Source of the DNA: Clostridia bacterium | Lineage (GTDB): Bacteria; Bacillota; Clostridia; Oscillospirales; CAG-272 | NCBI GenBank assembly: GCA_017482355.1 | Contig: JAFUNJ010000002.1 | Span: 11,092 to 75,091 of the forward strand | Direction: 5' to 3' | Length of the DNA: 64,000 bases | Shown here: in pieces, positions 1 to 8,427 of the stretch | Layout: each line of letters opens with the position of its first letter | Position numbering within the stretch: position 1 is the first letter of the stretch | Notes under the pieces: generated by a model | The model's database searches: none | What the model was told of the DNA's origin: nothing | What the model saw: the letters and a program-made list of their open reading frames with translations, nothing else | Position numbers and translations under genes: made by a program

Positions 1-647
1 TCGCGTCCGAGGATCGCATATATGACATTGACAAGCGAATTATCGCCTGCAGTCTGGAAGCGGAGGTTTCCGTCGACGATAAACTTGAATGCGATATCGG
101 GGCGCGAAAGCGCGAGCTTTTCCATTACCGCGCTGACTGCCGCCGTTTCCGACGCGTCGCGCTTTAAGAATTTACGTCTTGCGGGAACGTTTGAAAACAG
201 CTCCTCGACGATTACCGTCGTGCCGTAAGGGCATCCGCTTTCCTCGCAGGAAACGATATTTCCGCCCTCGCTCGTTACCATAACGCCGAGCTCGGAATCC
301 TTCGTTCTCGTCATTATTCTCATTTTCGATACCGACGAGATCGCGGCGAGCGCCTCGCCTCGGAAGCCGAGGGTGACGATACCGTCAAGGTCGGTCGCGT
401 CCTTTATCTTACTCGTCGCGTGACGGCGGGTACAGACAAGGGCGTCCTCCTTTGACATTCCGCATCCGTTGTCGGTTATACGCATAAGCGACACGCCGCC
501 GTTTTTTATCTCGGCGGTGATCTGCGTTGCGCCTGCATCTATACTGTTTTCAAGCAGCTCCTTTATCGCTGAGGCAGGACGTTCAACGACCTCGCCTGCC
601 GCGATAAGATTCGCCACCTGTGTGTCAAGAAGATTTATCTTCTGCAT
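1..647 (-). CDS. mutL: DNA mismatch repair protein MutL, N-terminal part (gene runs off the left edge)
   Basis: Reverse-strand reading from the ATG at 645-647 gives MQKINLLDTQVANLIAAGEVVERPASAIKELLENSIDAG..., the GHKL-ATPase N-terminus typical of MutL. It starts about 11 nt downstream of the mutS stop. Confidence 0.9.
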   Translation of the reverse strand, partial: MQKINLLDTQVANLIAAGEVVERPASAIKELLENSIDAGATQITAEIKNGGVSLMRITDNGCGMSKEDALVCTRRHATSKIKDATDLDGIVTLGFRGEALAAISSVSKMRIMTRTKDSELGVMVTSEGGNIVSCEESGCPYGTTVIVEELFSNVPARRKFLKRDASETAAVSAVMEKLALSRPDIAFKFIVDGNLRFQTAGDNSLVNVIYAILGR

Positions 648-658
648 ATTATTATCCT

Positions 659-3226
659 TTATTTTGCTATCTTTTTAAGCTCCGAGAGAACGTTCAGCGC
701 TTCGATCGGGGTAAGCAGGTTAAGGTCGAGATTCAGAAGCTTTTCTCTTACCTCGTCCGCCTTATAGTCATCGAAGGTTATCGTGTTATCGCGTCCCTTA
801 TACTCGACGGGGCGCGCGTTTTCGGTCGTCAGCTGATTAAGCACTTCCTTTGCGCGTCTGATTACCTCGTTCGGTACTCCTGCGAGCTTTGCAACCTCGA
901 TTCCGTAGCTGTCGTCCGTTGCGCCTCTTACTATTTTGCGAAGAAAGGTAATATCGTCTCCCTTTTTCTTTGCGGCGATATTGTAATTGACGACGCCCGT
1001 CATTTCCTTTTCAAGGACGGTAAGCTCGTGATAGTGCGTTGCGAACATCGTCTTTGCGCCGAGCTTTTTGCCCGCCGTGTATTCCGCCACCGCACGAGCG
1101 ATGCTCATTCCGTCGAAGGTCGAGGTGCCGCGTCCTATCTCGTCATAGATTATGAGACTGCGGTTCGTTGCGTTTTTGAGGATATATGCGACCTCGTTCA
1201 TTTCGAGCATGAAGGTCGAGGTGCCCGATGCAAGGTCGTCTGACGCGCCTACGCGCGTGAATATCTTATCGACGATACCTATTCTCGCTTCCTTTGCGGG
1301 AACGAAGGAGCCGATCTGCGCCATAAGCACGATAAGCGCGACCTGTCTCATATAGGTCGATTTACCCGCCATATTAGGTCCTGTGATGAGCGCGAGGCGG
1401 TTATGATTCGTATCGAGAAGCGTATCGTTCGGCACGAAATAGCCGTCCTTTGAAAACTGCTCTACGACGGGATGGCGTCCCTCTTTTATAACTATCGCGT
1501 TGCCGTACTCGATCTCGGGGCAGGTGTAGTCATTACGCACCGCGACATCGGCAAGCGACACGTAGCAGTCGAGCTTCGCGAGTAGCGACGCGGTCTGCTG
1601 TACTCGCTTTATTTCCGATGCGATACGCTCGCGTATCTGTGTAAACAGCTCATACTCGAGGGCGTTCAGCTTGTCCGATGCACCGAGGATAAGCCCCTCT
1701 TTTTCCTTGAGCTCCTCGGTGATGAAGCGCTCGGCGTTAACGAGCGTTTGCTTTCTTATATATCGGTCAGGAACCTCGTTGAGATTCGATTTAGTGACCT
1801 CTATATAGTAGCCGAAGACGCGGTTGAAGGCGACCTTCAGGTTCTTGATTCCCGTTGCTTCCCTTTCGGCTTCGGCGATCTTCTCAATATAGCTCTTACC
1901 GTTATGAACGATCTCGTAAAGCTCGTCCGCCTCGGGATTGAAGCCGCGGCGGATAAATCCGCCCTCGCGGAGCGAGAATGGGGGATCCTCCTCTATTGAG
2001 CGCTCGATCAGGTCTCTTATATCGGAAAGAGTATCAAGATGCAGATGTATATCGGAAAGCTCCTCACTGACAAAACTCGAGGTGAGCTCCTTAATGTCGG
2101 GAATGAGCGACGCGGTCGCCGCGATGGCGCGGAGGTCCTTTGCGTTTGCCGTTCCGTAGACGAGCTTCGTCATAAGTCGGTCGAGGTCGAGAATGTGAGA
2201 AAGGCACTCGCCGAGCTCCTCGCGAGCCATAAAGTTAGATACAAGCTCCGCAACTGCTCTCTGGCGTCTGCCGATCTTATTTGCATTCACAAGCGGCTGC
2301 TCTACCCAGCGGCGGAGCATTCTCGCGCCTGCCGACGTGCCTGTACGGTCGAGGACCGAGAGCAGCGAGCCCTTTTTGTCCTTACTGCGCATCGTTTCAC
2401 AAAGCTCTAAGTTTCGTCTCGTTGCGACATCGAGCTCCAGATATTCGCCGTTCTGATAAAATTTAAGTCCCGAAACGTTTGCCATATCGGTTTTTTGCGT
2501 GTCGGTAACGTAGCGGAGAAGCGCACCGATGGCACACACGGTCTCGCGGCTTCTTTCCTTTGCCTCGTACGCCTGCGAGCCAAACTGTCTCGTTACGCTG
2601 GCGAGGCATCCGTTATAGCCGAAAAGCTCCTCTTTACTGCTTCCTACGTAAGCACCGAGGCGGTTATTTACAAAAAATTCAACGTCGGGAAGCTCACTTA
2701 GCGGCTTATTTACCATTACCTCTTTCGGTAAGAACTTTGCAAGCTCGTTTACGACGCTGTCCGACTGATAGGTATCGAAGCTCGTTGCCGTCATTTCGCC
2801 CGTCGAAACGTCGAAGAAGCAGATCGCCGCGCTTTCGTTTACGCAGATGGCGCAGAGGTAGTTATTCTTCGAATCGTCGAGCTGAGTATTGTCGATGACC
2901 GTACCCGGCGTTACGACGCGGACTATATCGCGCTTGACGAGCCCCTTCGTTGTCGCAGGATCCTCCATCTGCTCGCAGACGACGACCTTATAGCCCTTTG
3001 CGACAAGGCGACCTATATACACGTCTGCCGAATGGAACGGAACTCCGCACATCGGTGCGCGTTCCCCGTCTCCGCAGGCGCGACCTGTTAAGGTAAGTTC
3101 AAGCTCCCTTGACGCCGTCTTTGCATCGTCGAAGAACATTTCGTAAAAGTCTCCGAGGCGGTAGAAGAGGATCGCGTCGCGGTGGCGGTTTTTTATTTCG
3201 AGGTATTGTTCCATCATTGGAGTCAT
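659..3226 (-). CDS. mutS: DNA mismatch repair protein MutS
   Basis: 855-aa ORF. N-terminal TPMMEQYLEIK...GDFYEMF mismatch-binding motif, Walker A GPNMAGKSTYMRQ and IIYDEIGRGTSTFDG. Confidence 0.97.
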   Translation of the reverse strand: MTPMMEQYLEIKNRHRDAILFYRLGDFYEMFFDDAKTASRELELTLTGRACGDGERAPMCGVPFHSADVYIGRLVAKGYKVVVCEQMEDPATTKGLVKRDIVRVVTPGTVIDNTQLDDSKNNYLCAICVNESAAICFFDVSTGEMTATSFDTYQSDSVVNELAKFLPKEVMVNKPLSELPDVEFFVNNRLGAYVGSSKEELFGYNGCLASVTRQFGSQAYEAKERSRETVCAIGALLRYVTDTQKTDMANVSGLKFYQNGEYLELDVATRRNLELCETMRSKDKKGSLLSVLDRTGTSAGARMLRRWVEQPLVNANKIGRRQRAVAELVSNFMAREELGECLSHILDLDRLMTKLVYGTANAKDLRAIAATASLIPDIKELTSSFVSEELSDIHLHLDTLSDIRDLIERSIEEDPPFSLREGGFIRRGFNPEADELYEIVHNGKSYIEKIAEAEREATGIKNLKVAFNRVFGYYIEVTKSNLNEVPDRYIRKQTLVNAERFITEELKEKEGLILGASDKLNALEYELFTQIRERIASEIKRVQQTASLLAKLDCYVSLADVAVRNDYTCPEIEYGNAIVIKEGRHPVVEQFSKDGYFVPNDTLLDTNHNRLALITGPNMAGKSTYMRQVALIVLMAQIGSFVPAKEARIGIVDKIFTRVGASDDLASGTSTFMLEMNEVAYILKNATNRSLIIYDEIGRGTSTFDGMSIARAVAEYTAGKKLGAKTMFATHYHELTVLEKEMTGVVNYNIAAKKKGDDITFLRKIVRGATDDSYGIEVAKLAGVPNEVIRRAKEVLNQLTTENARPVEYKGRDNTITFDDYKADEVREKLLNLDLNLLTPIEALNVLSELKKIAK

Positions 3227-3278
3227 AGTGCGGTTCTCCTTGTGGGTTAGAATAGAGATATATAAGCTTTTATTGAAT

Positions 3279-3412
3279 GGCTCCCTTGTGTAAAGGGAGC
3301 TGTCGACGAAGTCGACTGAGAGATTGTTATAAAAACGTTTCTAACTTTTTACAATCCCTCAGTCATTTGCTCCGCAAATGCCACCTCCCTTTACACAAGG
3401 GAGGCATTTACG
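3279..3412. repeat. Hairpin-chain intergenic repeat, family 2 (inverted copy of 9987-10182)
   Basis: Chain of stem-loops: ctccctt/aagggag, gtcgac-gaa-gtcgac (3302-3316), catttgc-tcc-gcaaatg and cctccct/agggagg. The reverse complement aligns by eye with 9987-10043 and 10133-10176. Confidence 0.75.
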
Positions 3413-3421
3413 TGATCGCCG

Positions 3422-4849
3422 TTAAACAAGCTCACCTGTGAGGCAATAGGTGTCTGCGGTGATTATTTTCACGTTTACAAACGTTCCGATAAGGGAATCG
3501 TCGCCTTCAAAATGGACGAGGCGGTTTTTCTCGTTTCGTCCCGTGAGCATTTTCTCGTCGGTCTTGCTTCGTCCCTCGACGAGGACTCGCTCACGCTTGC
3601 CGACGTATTCCTTATTCTTTTCAAGCGATATGCGGTTTTGTGTTTCGAGCAGGCGTGAAAAGCGTTCTTTTTTGACCGCGTCGGGAACCTGCTCCATCGT
3701 TTCAGCAGGAGTTCCGCGCCGTATCGAATAGATGAACGAGAAGAACGCGTCGTATCTTACCGCCTCGAGCATTGAAAGTGTATCTAAGAAATCCTCCTCC
3801 GTTTCGGTCGGGAAGCCGACTATAATGTCGGTCGAGAGTGCTATATCGGGTATTTTTTCCTTCATATATCCGATGAGCGAGAGGTAGGTCTTTCGTCCGT
3901 AATGGCGGTTCATTTTATGAAGGATGGCGTCAGAGCCGGACTGAAGCGGCAGGTGGAACTGCTTTACAATTTTCGGCTGACAGTCGTCACCGCAGTTTTC
4001 GGCGATAACGTCAATAAGCTTGTGGCTCGCATCCTTCGGGTGGCTCGTCATAAAGCGGATCCAGTAATCGCCCTTTATCTTGCATATATCGGAAAGCAGA
4101 TCGGCAAAGCCGTAATCGTCGTAAAGACCCTTGCCGTAGGAATTCACGTTCTGACCGAGAAGGGTTATCTCCTTACAGCCGTTTTTCACGAGTTCTTCTA
4201 CTTCGGCAAGAATATTTTCTCGGCAGCGGCTTCGCTCGCGTCCGCGGACGTAAGGAACAACGCAATAGGTGCAGAAATTGTTGCAGCCGTTCATTATGCT
4301 GATCCAGCCCTTAAACGTGCTTTCGCGTCTGACGGGCATATTTTCGGGGATCGAGTAGCTTTCGTCGGGGTAGAACACTCTTTTTCGCTTCCGCATTGAT
4401 TCAGCGAGATAGTAGGGGAATTTTTCATGGCTTCCCGTGCCGAAGAGGAAGTCGACGTAGGGATATTTATTCTTTATGTCGTTTAATCGGTGCTCCTGCG
4501 CGACCATGCAGCCGCAGATGCCGATTTTGAGGTCAGGATTTTGCGCCTTCAGGTGCTTGAGCTGTCCCGTTATCGAGAGCGCTTTAAGCTCTGCGTGTTC
4601 ACGAACCGCACAGGTGTTGTATAGGATAAGCGACGCTTTTTCCTCGGTCTCGACCTTTTCGTAGCCCATAAGCACAGCCATTCCCATATATCTTTCGCTG
4701 TCGGCTTCGTTCTGCTGACAGCCGAAGGTTCTTATAAAGACGCCCGGGCGTTTTCCGTTTTTTTCATAGTACGCATCGGTCATTTTTTTGACGAATTTTA
4801 CGTCGGGCGACGATGCGTCGAATTTCGTTGTGTATATCATAGAGCACAT
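3422..4849 (-). CDS. miaB: tRNA (N6-isopentenyl-adenosine-37) methylthiotransferase MiaB
   Basis: 475-aa ORF. MTTase N-domain FGCQQNEADSE, radical-SAM CNNFCTYCVVP and a C-terminal TRAM-like region. miaB-mutS-mutL order is common in Clostridia. The true start may be a few codons inside the ORF. Confidence 0.92.
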   Translation of the reverse strand: MCSMIYTTKFDASSPDVKFVKKMTDAYYEKNGKRPGVFIRTFGCQQNEADSERYMGMAVLMGYEKVETEEKASLILYNTCAVREHAELKALSITGQLKHLKAQNPDLKIGICGCMVAQEHRLNDIKNKYPYVDFLFGTGSHEKFPYYLAESMRKRKRVFYPDESYSIPENMPVRRESTFKGWISIMNGCNNFCTYCVVPYVRGRERSRCRENILAEVEELVKNGCKEITLLGQNVNSYGKGLYDDYGFADLLSDICKIKGDYWIRFMTSHPKDASHKLIDVIAENCGDDCQPKIVKQFHLPLQSGSDAILHKMNRHYGRKTYLSLIGYMKEKIPDIALSTDIIVGFPTETEEDFLDTLSMLEAVRYDAFFSFIYSIRRGTPAETMEQVPDAVKKERFSRLLETQNRISLEKNKEYVGKRERVLVEGRSKTDEKMLTGRNEKNRLVHFEGDDSLIGTFVNVKIITADTYCLTGELV

Positions 4850-4918
4850 TTTCCCATAATAAAAGTTTATTGTATTATTATATAATAAAATCCGACGCTT
4901 GTCAACAAAATGTACCTA

Positions 4919-4947
4919 TTGACACGGCTTTTTTATTTTGGTATAAT
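4919..4947 (+). promoter_or_regulatory. Sigma-A type promoter for mntP
   Basis: TTGACA (4919-4924), 17-nt spacer, TATAAT (4942-4947), 33 nt upstream of the ATG. Confidence 0.6.
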
Positions 4948-4980
4948 TTTCGGGTAATATAAAATAACGAGGATATAAAT

Positions 4981-5541
4981 ATGCAGCTTTGGGAGATTTT
5001 CCTCATCGGCGTTTCTTTATCTATGGACGCATTTGCCGTTGCGGTATGCAAGGGGCTTTCGCTTTGTAAAGTCAAGCTTTCGCAGGCCATCATAGTCGGT
5101 CTTTATTTCGGCATTTTTCAGGCGCTTATGCCGCTTATCGGTTATTTTCTTGCGTCAACCGTCGCGTCGAAGATCGCCGATTATTCCTTCTACATAGCAT
5201 TCGCGCTTCTGCTCCTTATCGGTGCGAACATGATAAGAGAGGCGATAAAGGGTGATGATGACACTTGCAACGTATCGCTTTCCTTTAAGGAAATGGTGCC
5301 GCTCGCGCTTGCTACGAGCATTGACGCGCTTGCGGTCGGTGTTTCATTTGCGCTCGTTGAGGTTGAGATATTCTCGTCTGTCGGGCTTATCGGCGTGACG
5401 ACCTTTGTTCTCTCGGCTGTTGGTGTCGCTCTCGGCTCATTCGTCGGTGCGAGGTTCCGCAAGGTTGCGACGATAATCGGCGGGTCGGTGCTTGTCTTGA
5501 TGGGAGTAAAGATACTCCTTGAGGAGTTGGGGGTTATATAA
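4981..5541 (+). CDS. mntP: Manganese efflux pump MntP
   Basis: 186-aa polytopic membrane protein with duplicated SMDAFAV / SIDALAVG motifs typical of the MntP/DUF204 family. Confidence 0.85.
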   Translation: MQLWEIFLIGVSLSMDAFAVAVCKGLSLCKVKLSQAIIVGLYFGIFQALMPLIGYFLASTVASKIADYSFYIAFALLLLIGANMIREAIKGDDDTCNVSLSFKEMVPLALATSIDALAVGVSFALVEVEIFSSVGLIGVTTFVLSAVGVALGSFVGARFRKVATIIGGSVLVLMGVKILLEELGVI

Positions 5542-5543
5542 AC

Positions 5544-5574
5544 AAAAAGAGCAAGACGTACTTGCTCTTTTTTA
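5544..5574 (+). terminator. Rho-independent terminator of mntP
   Basis: gagcaag-acgta-cttgctc stem-loop followed by a T6 run. Confidence 0.75.
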
Positions 5575-5575
5575 A

Positions 5576-5734
5576 TGAATTGATGCTAACGCATCACGAA
5601 TTGGCTTCGCCATGATTTCTCGCTTCGCTCCATGAATTGAATTGCAACTGAATGCCCGTAGGGCAATTCATGCCGCAGGCAATTCACGAAAGCAGAGCTT
5701 TCAATTCATGCAACCGCGAGGTTGCAATTCATTG
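5576..5734. repeat. Mini-hairpin array with AATTCA(T/C) spacer word
   Basis: At least six short GC stems with 3-4 nt loops: 5581-5596, 5602-5612, 5653-5665, 5671-5681, 5688-5702 and 5710-5725. They are separated by aattcat/aattcac/gaattga words at 5665-5671, 5681-5687, 5703-5709 and 5726-5732. Confidence 0.7.
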
Positions 5735-5767
5735 CAAAAAAGCAAGAGTAATCCTCTTGCTTTTTTG
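5735..5767. terminator. Bidirectional terminator (serves the minus-strand gene 5771-7429)
   Basis: A-run, gcaagag-taatc-ctcttgc stem-loop, then a T-run. Confidence 0.7.
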
Positions 5768-5770
5768 CTT

Positions 5771-7429
5771 TTATTTCATTGCGTTTTCGATAGCTGTGTT
5801 TACCTTTTCGCGGAGATTTACGTAGTAGCTCTGCTCAAGCGGACAGTAGTTGAATGCAAGTTCCTTATCAAGGTCCTCCTCGACGAGCTTCATCGTTTCT
5901 TCCTTGCCGATGAGGGAGGAGAGGTACTGAAGCGCGCGGAGGTCGGTGAGTGCGTCTACGAACTGCGCCTGGTGAAGCGAGCGGTATGGCATTCCCTTCG
6001 GTCCGGGATAAACGAGGAATGCGTCTCCTGCAGGCGCGAAATACTCGCCGCAGGTCTCGGAGAAGGGGTTTATCGGGTAGTTTGAATACTGGCAGTTATA
6101 GAAGTTGAAGCCCCACTGAAGGAATCCGACGATGTCATACTTAAACATCTGAACGCCGATCGCTCTCGTTCTCGTTCCCGGCATCGAGAGGAAACGGTTT
6201 GAGGTCTCCCAGTCCTGGCTTACGCAGTAGTACACCCAGAGGTTCGGAACCTTGTTTTCAAGGAATGGCTCGATATGGTTCGACGCGGGGATCGGGTTCT
6301 TGACTGCTCCCATTTCGTAGAACTTATAGTCAGAAAGCGCGTCTATCTGATGGTATTCTCCGATTATATCCCAAATTGCATCCTTTGCTTTGAGGTAGGA
6401 TTCAAGGTGCTCGCCGTAGGGCTCGTCGGAGATATGGAAGTAGAGCATTCCGTCGATTCCGAGCTTCTTTGCGTGAGCGACAAAATCGGTAAGGAATGCG
6501 CGGATGAAGGTCGTATATTCCTCGCTGTGCGAATCGGTCTCCCAACCGAAAATTTTCTTTTCCTCGCCGTTTACGTTTGCAAATATCTTCGGCGCGTGGT
6601 GACAGCCCCACTGCGTGAAGAGGTGGGAAATCTCAAAGTATTCAAATCCAAGCTCAAGGCAGAGCTTTACCCATCTGTCAAAGCGGTCGTAGCCGAACTC
6701 ATAGCCGTTTTCGGTCACGGTTACGTCGACGAGCTGGCAGGTCATTCTCTCGCCGCCGACAGCAGTATCAAGCGGAGGGGTGAAGACAGGGGTGAGTATC
6801 ATATTTACGCCCGTCTCTCTTGCTTCATAAAGGAAATTACGGAGAATCTCCCAATACTTTTCGCTGAACATTTCGGTCTCGTAATACTGGCAAAGTCCGT
6901 CGTTATGGAACCACTCGGTATGTATGAGCGTCTGCTTCGGGAGCACGGCGTCGATGACCTTTATCGGCATCGTTGCTTCGGCGACACAGTTTTCGCCCTC
7001 GTATGCTTTGAAGGTAACGTAATGCTCGCCTGCGGGGATTCCGTCCTTATTTTCTACGATAACGTAGAGCGCACGGAGCTCGTCCTTATGGAATATGAAC
7101 TTATACTGCTCCTCCACGGGACGGAGAAGGTCGGGGTATAGACCTGCCTTTTCGCGGAGGTAACCGTCCATCGGAAGGTCGGGGCGCTTCGGGAAGGTTA
7201 CGGGAACCTGCTCTACGCGGTATGCTTTTACGCATTCTTTTATATCGGATTCGATCTCAAGGCGCGTGAACACCGAGTGCCAGTCCATATCAGTCGCCGC
7301 GTATGCGAGCTGGAAGCAAAGGCGCTCGTTACGCAGCATTGAGAGCTTTTCTATACCGTACTTATCGTCTATATTTTCGTCGATAAAGCACTTTTCGGTT
7401 GAGGGGAGAAATTTGAATTTGTAGTTCAT
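5771..7429 (-). CDS. Putative glycoside hydrolase, DUF4091-like (GH123-related)
   Basis: 552-aa cytoplasmic ORF with no signal peptide. The overall resemblance to DUF4091 proteins comes from memory of the family. No catalytic residues were verified. Confidence 0.45.
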   Translation of the reverse strand: MNYKFKFLPSTEKCFIDENIDDKYGIEKLSMLRNERLCFQLAYAATDMDWHSVFTRLEIESDIKECVKAYRVEQVPVTFPKRPDLPMDGYLREKAGLYPDLLRPVEEQYKFIFHKDELRALYVIVENKDGIPAGEHYVTFKAYEGENCVAEATMPIKVIDAVLPKQTLIHTEWFHNDGLCQYYETEMFSEKYWEILRNFLYEARETGVNMILTPVFTPPLDTAVGGERMTCQLVDVTVTENGYEFGYDRFDRWVKLCLELGFEYFEISHLFTQWGCHHAPKIFANVNGEEKKIFGWETDSHSEEYTTFIRAFLTDFVAHAKKLGIDGMLYFHISDEPYGEHLESYLKAKDAIWDIIGEYHQIDALSDYKFYEMGAVKNPIPASNHIEPFLENKVPNLWVYYCVSQDWETSNRFLSMPGTRTRAIGVQMFKYDIVGFLQWGFNFYNCQYSNYPINPFSETCGEYFAPAGDAFLVYPGPKGMPYRSLHQAQFVDALTDLRALQYLSSLIGKEETMKLVEEDLDKELAFNYCPLEQSYYVNLREKVNTAIENAMK

Positions 7430-7525
7430 AGTAAGATGCTCCTTATGTTAATATTTCGATTATATCACACTAAAAGTTTTCAGTCAATAGCACTTTCATA
7501 ATACAAGCCCGATTTTTCATACACT

Positions 7526-8425
7526 GTGAAAAAAGAATTTGGGGGGCTTATGAGGAAGGTTGCGATTACTTACGGTGAAATGATGAAGGAGCTTGATATT
7601 TTATGCGAGGAATGTCCGTTTTTTATGCGGAGCGTTATCGGAAAGTCGCTTGTAGGGCGGGAAATACCGCTTATTTCGGTCGGGCAAGGGAAAAAGGCGG
7701 TGCTTTTCGTTGGGACGCACCACGGAATGGAATGGATAACGACGGCTTTGCTTCTTGATTTTTTGCGCGACGTTGGAAAAGAGGTCGGGCGCGGAGGAGA
7801 TTTAAGCGTGGTGCTTGAAAATCGGACGCTTTGCGTCGTTCCGATGCTGAATCCCGACGGAGTTGAGCTTCAGATAAACGGAAAAGACGAATTAAACCCG
7901 CTCACGGAACGACTTCACGCAATGAGTGGCGGAGATTATTCGCGCTGGCAGGCGAACGGGCGAGGAGTTGATCTCAATCACAATTATGACGCAGGATTTT
8001 TTGAGTACAAGGAATACGAGCGCGAGCACGGTATCGTGCCCGGTTCGACGCTTTATTCGGGCGAGCATCCTGAATCCGAGCCCGAGACCTCTGCTCTTTG
8101 CTCCTTCATTCGTGCACGCGGGATAGATTTACTTATTGCTTTACACACGCAGGGCGAGGAGATATATTACGATTTTGGCGGGGTTGTACCCGACGGCGGA
8201 AGGGTGATTGCGAAGCGTTTATCCGCGCTTACGGGATACACTTTATCCGAGCCGACGGGAAGTGCCGCTTACGGCGGGTTAAAGGATTGGTTTATCAAGG
8301 AATACGGCTTGCCTGCGTTTACTCTTGAGTGCGGAAAGGGTGTTAATCCTTTGCCGATAGGGGACACGGATATTATTTACAAGGGGTTAAGGGAAGCTCT
8401 TTTTTCGTGTCTTACGGTGGTATAG
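7526..8425 (+). CDS. M14-family zinc carboxypeptidase (gamma-D-glutamyl-meso-diaminopimelate peptidase-like)
   Basis: HHGMEWIT (HxxE zinc ligands), VDLNHNY and ALHTQGEEIYY. The start is uncertain (GTG 7526 or ATG 7550). Confidence 0.75.
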   Translation: MKKEFGGLMRKVAITYGEMMKELDILCEECPFFMRSVIGKSLVGREIPLISVGQGKKAVLFVGTHHGMEWITTALLLDFLRDVGKEVGRGGDLSVVLENRTLCVVPMLNPDGVELQINGKDELNPLTERLHAMSGGDYSRWQANGRGVDLNHNYDAGFFEYKEYEREHGIVPGSTLYSGEHPESEPETSALCSFIRARGIDLLIALHTQGEEIYYDFGGVVPDGGRVIAKRLSALTGYTLSEPTGSAAYGGLKDWFIKEYGLPAFTLECGKGVNPLPIGDTDIIYKGLREALFSCLTVV

Positions 8426-8427
8426 GT

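Noticed and set aside
4850-4980. Expected yybP-ykoY (Mn) riboswitch upstream of mntP.
   Set aside because: The promoter -10 box ends 33 nt before the ATG, so there is no room for a riboswitch of about 100 nt. No conserved yybP-ykoY helices were seen.
5576-5734. Possible CRISPR array (also at 55308-55490).
   Set aside because: The repeat word is only 6-7 nt and units are 16-24 nt. The variable parts are self-complementary hairpins, not spacers. No cas genes or leader are in the window.
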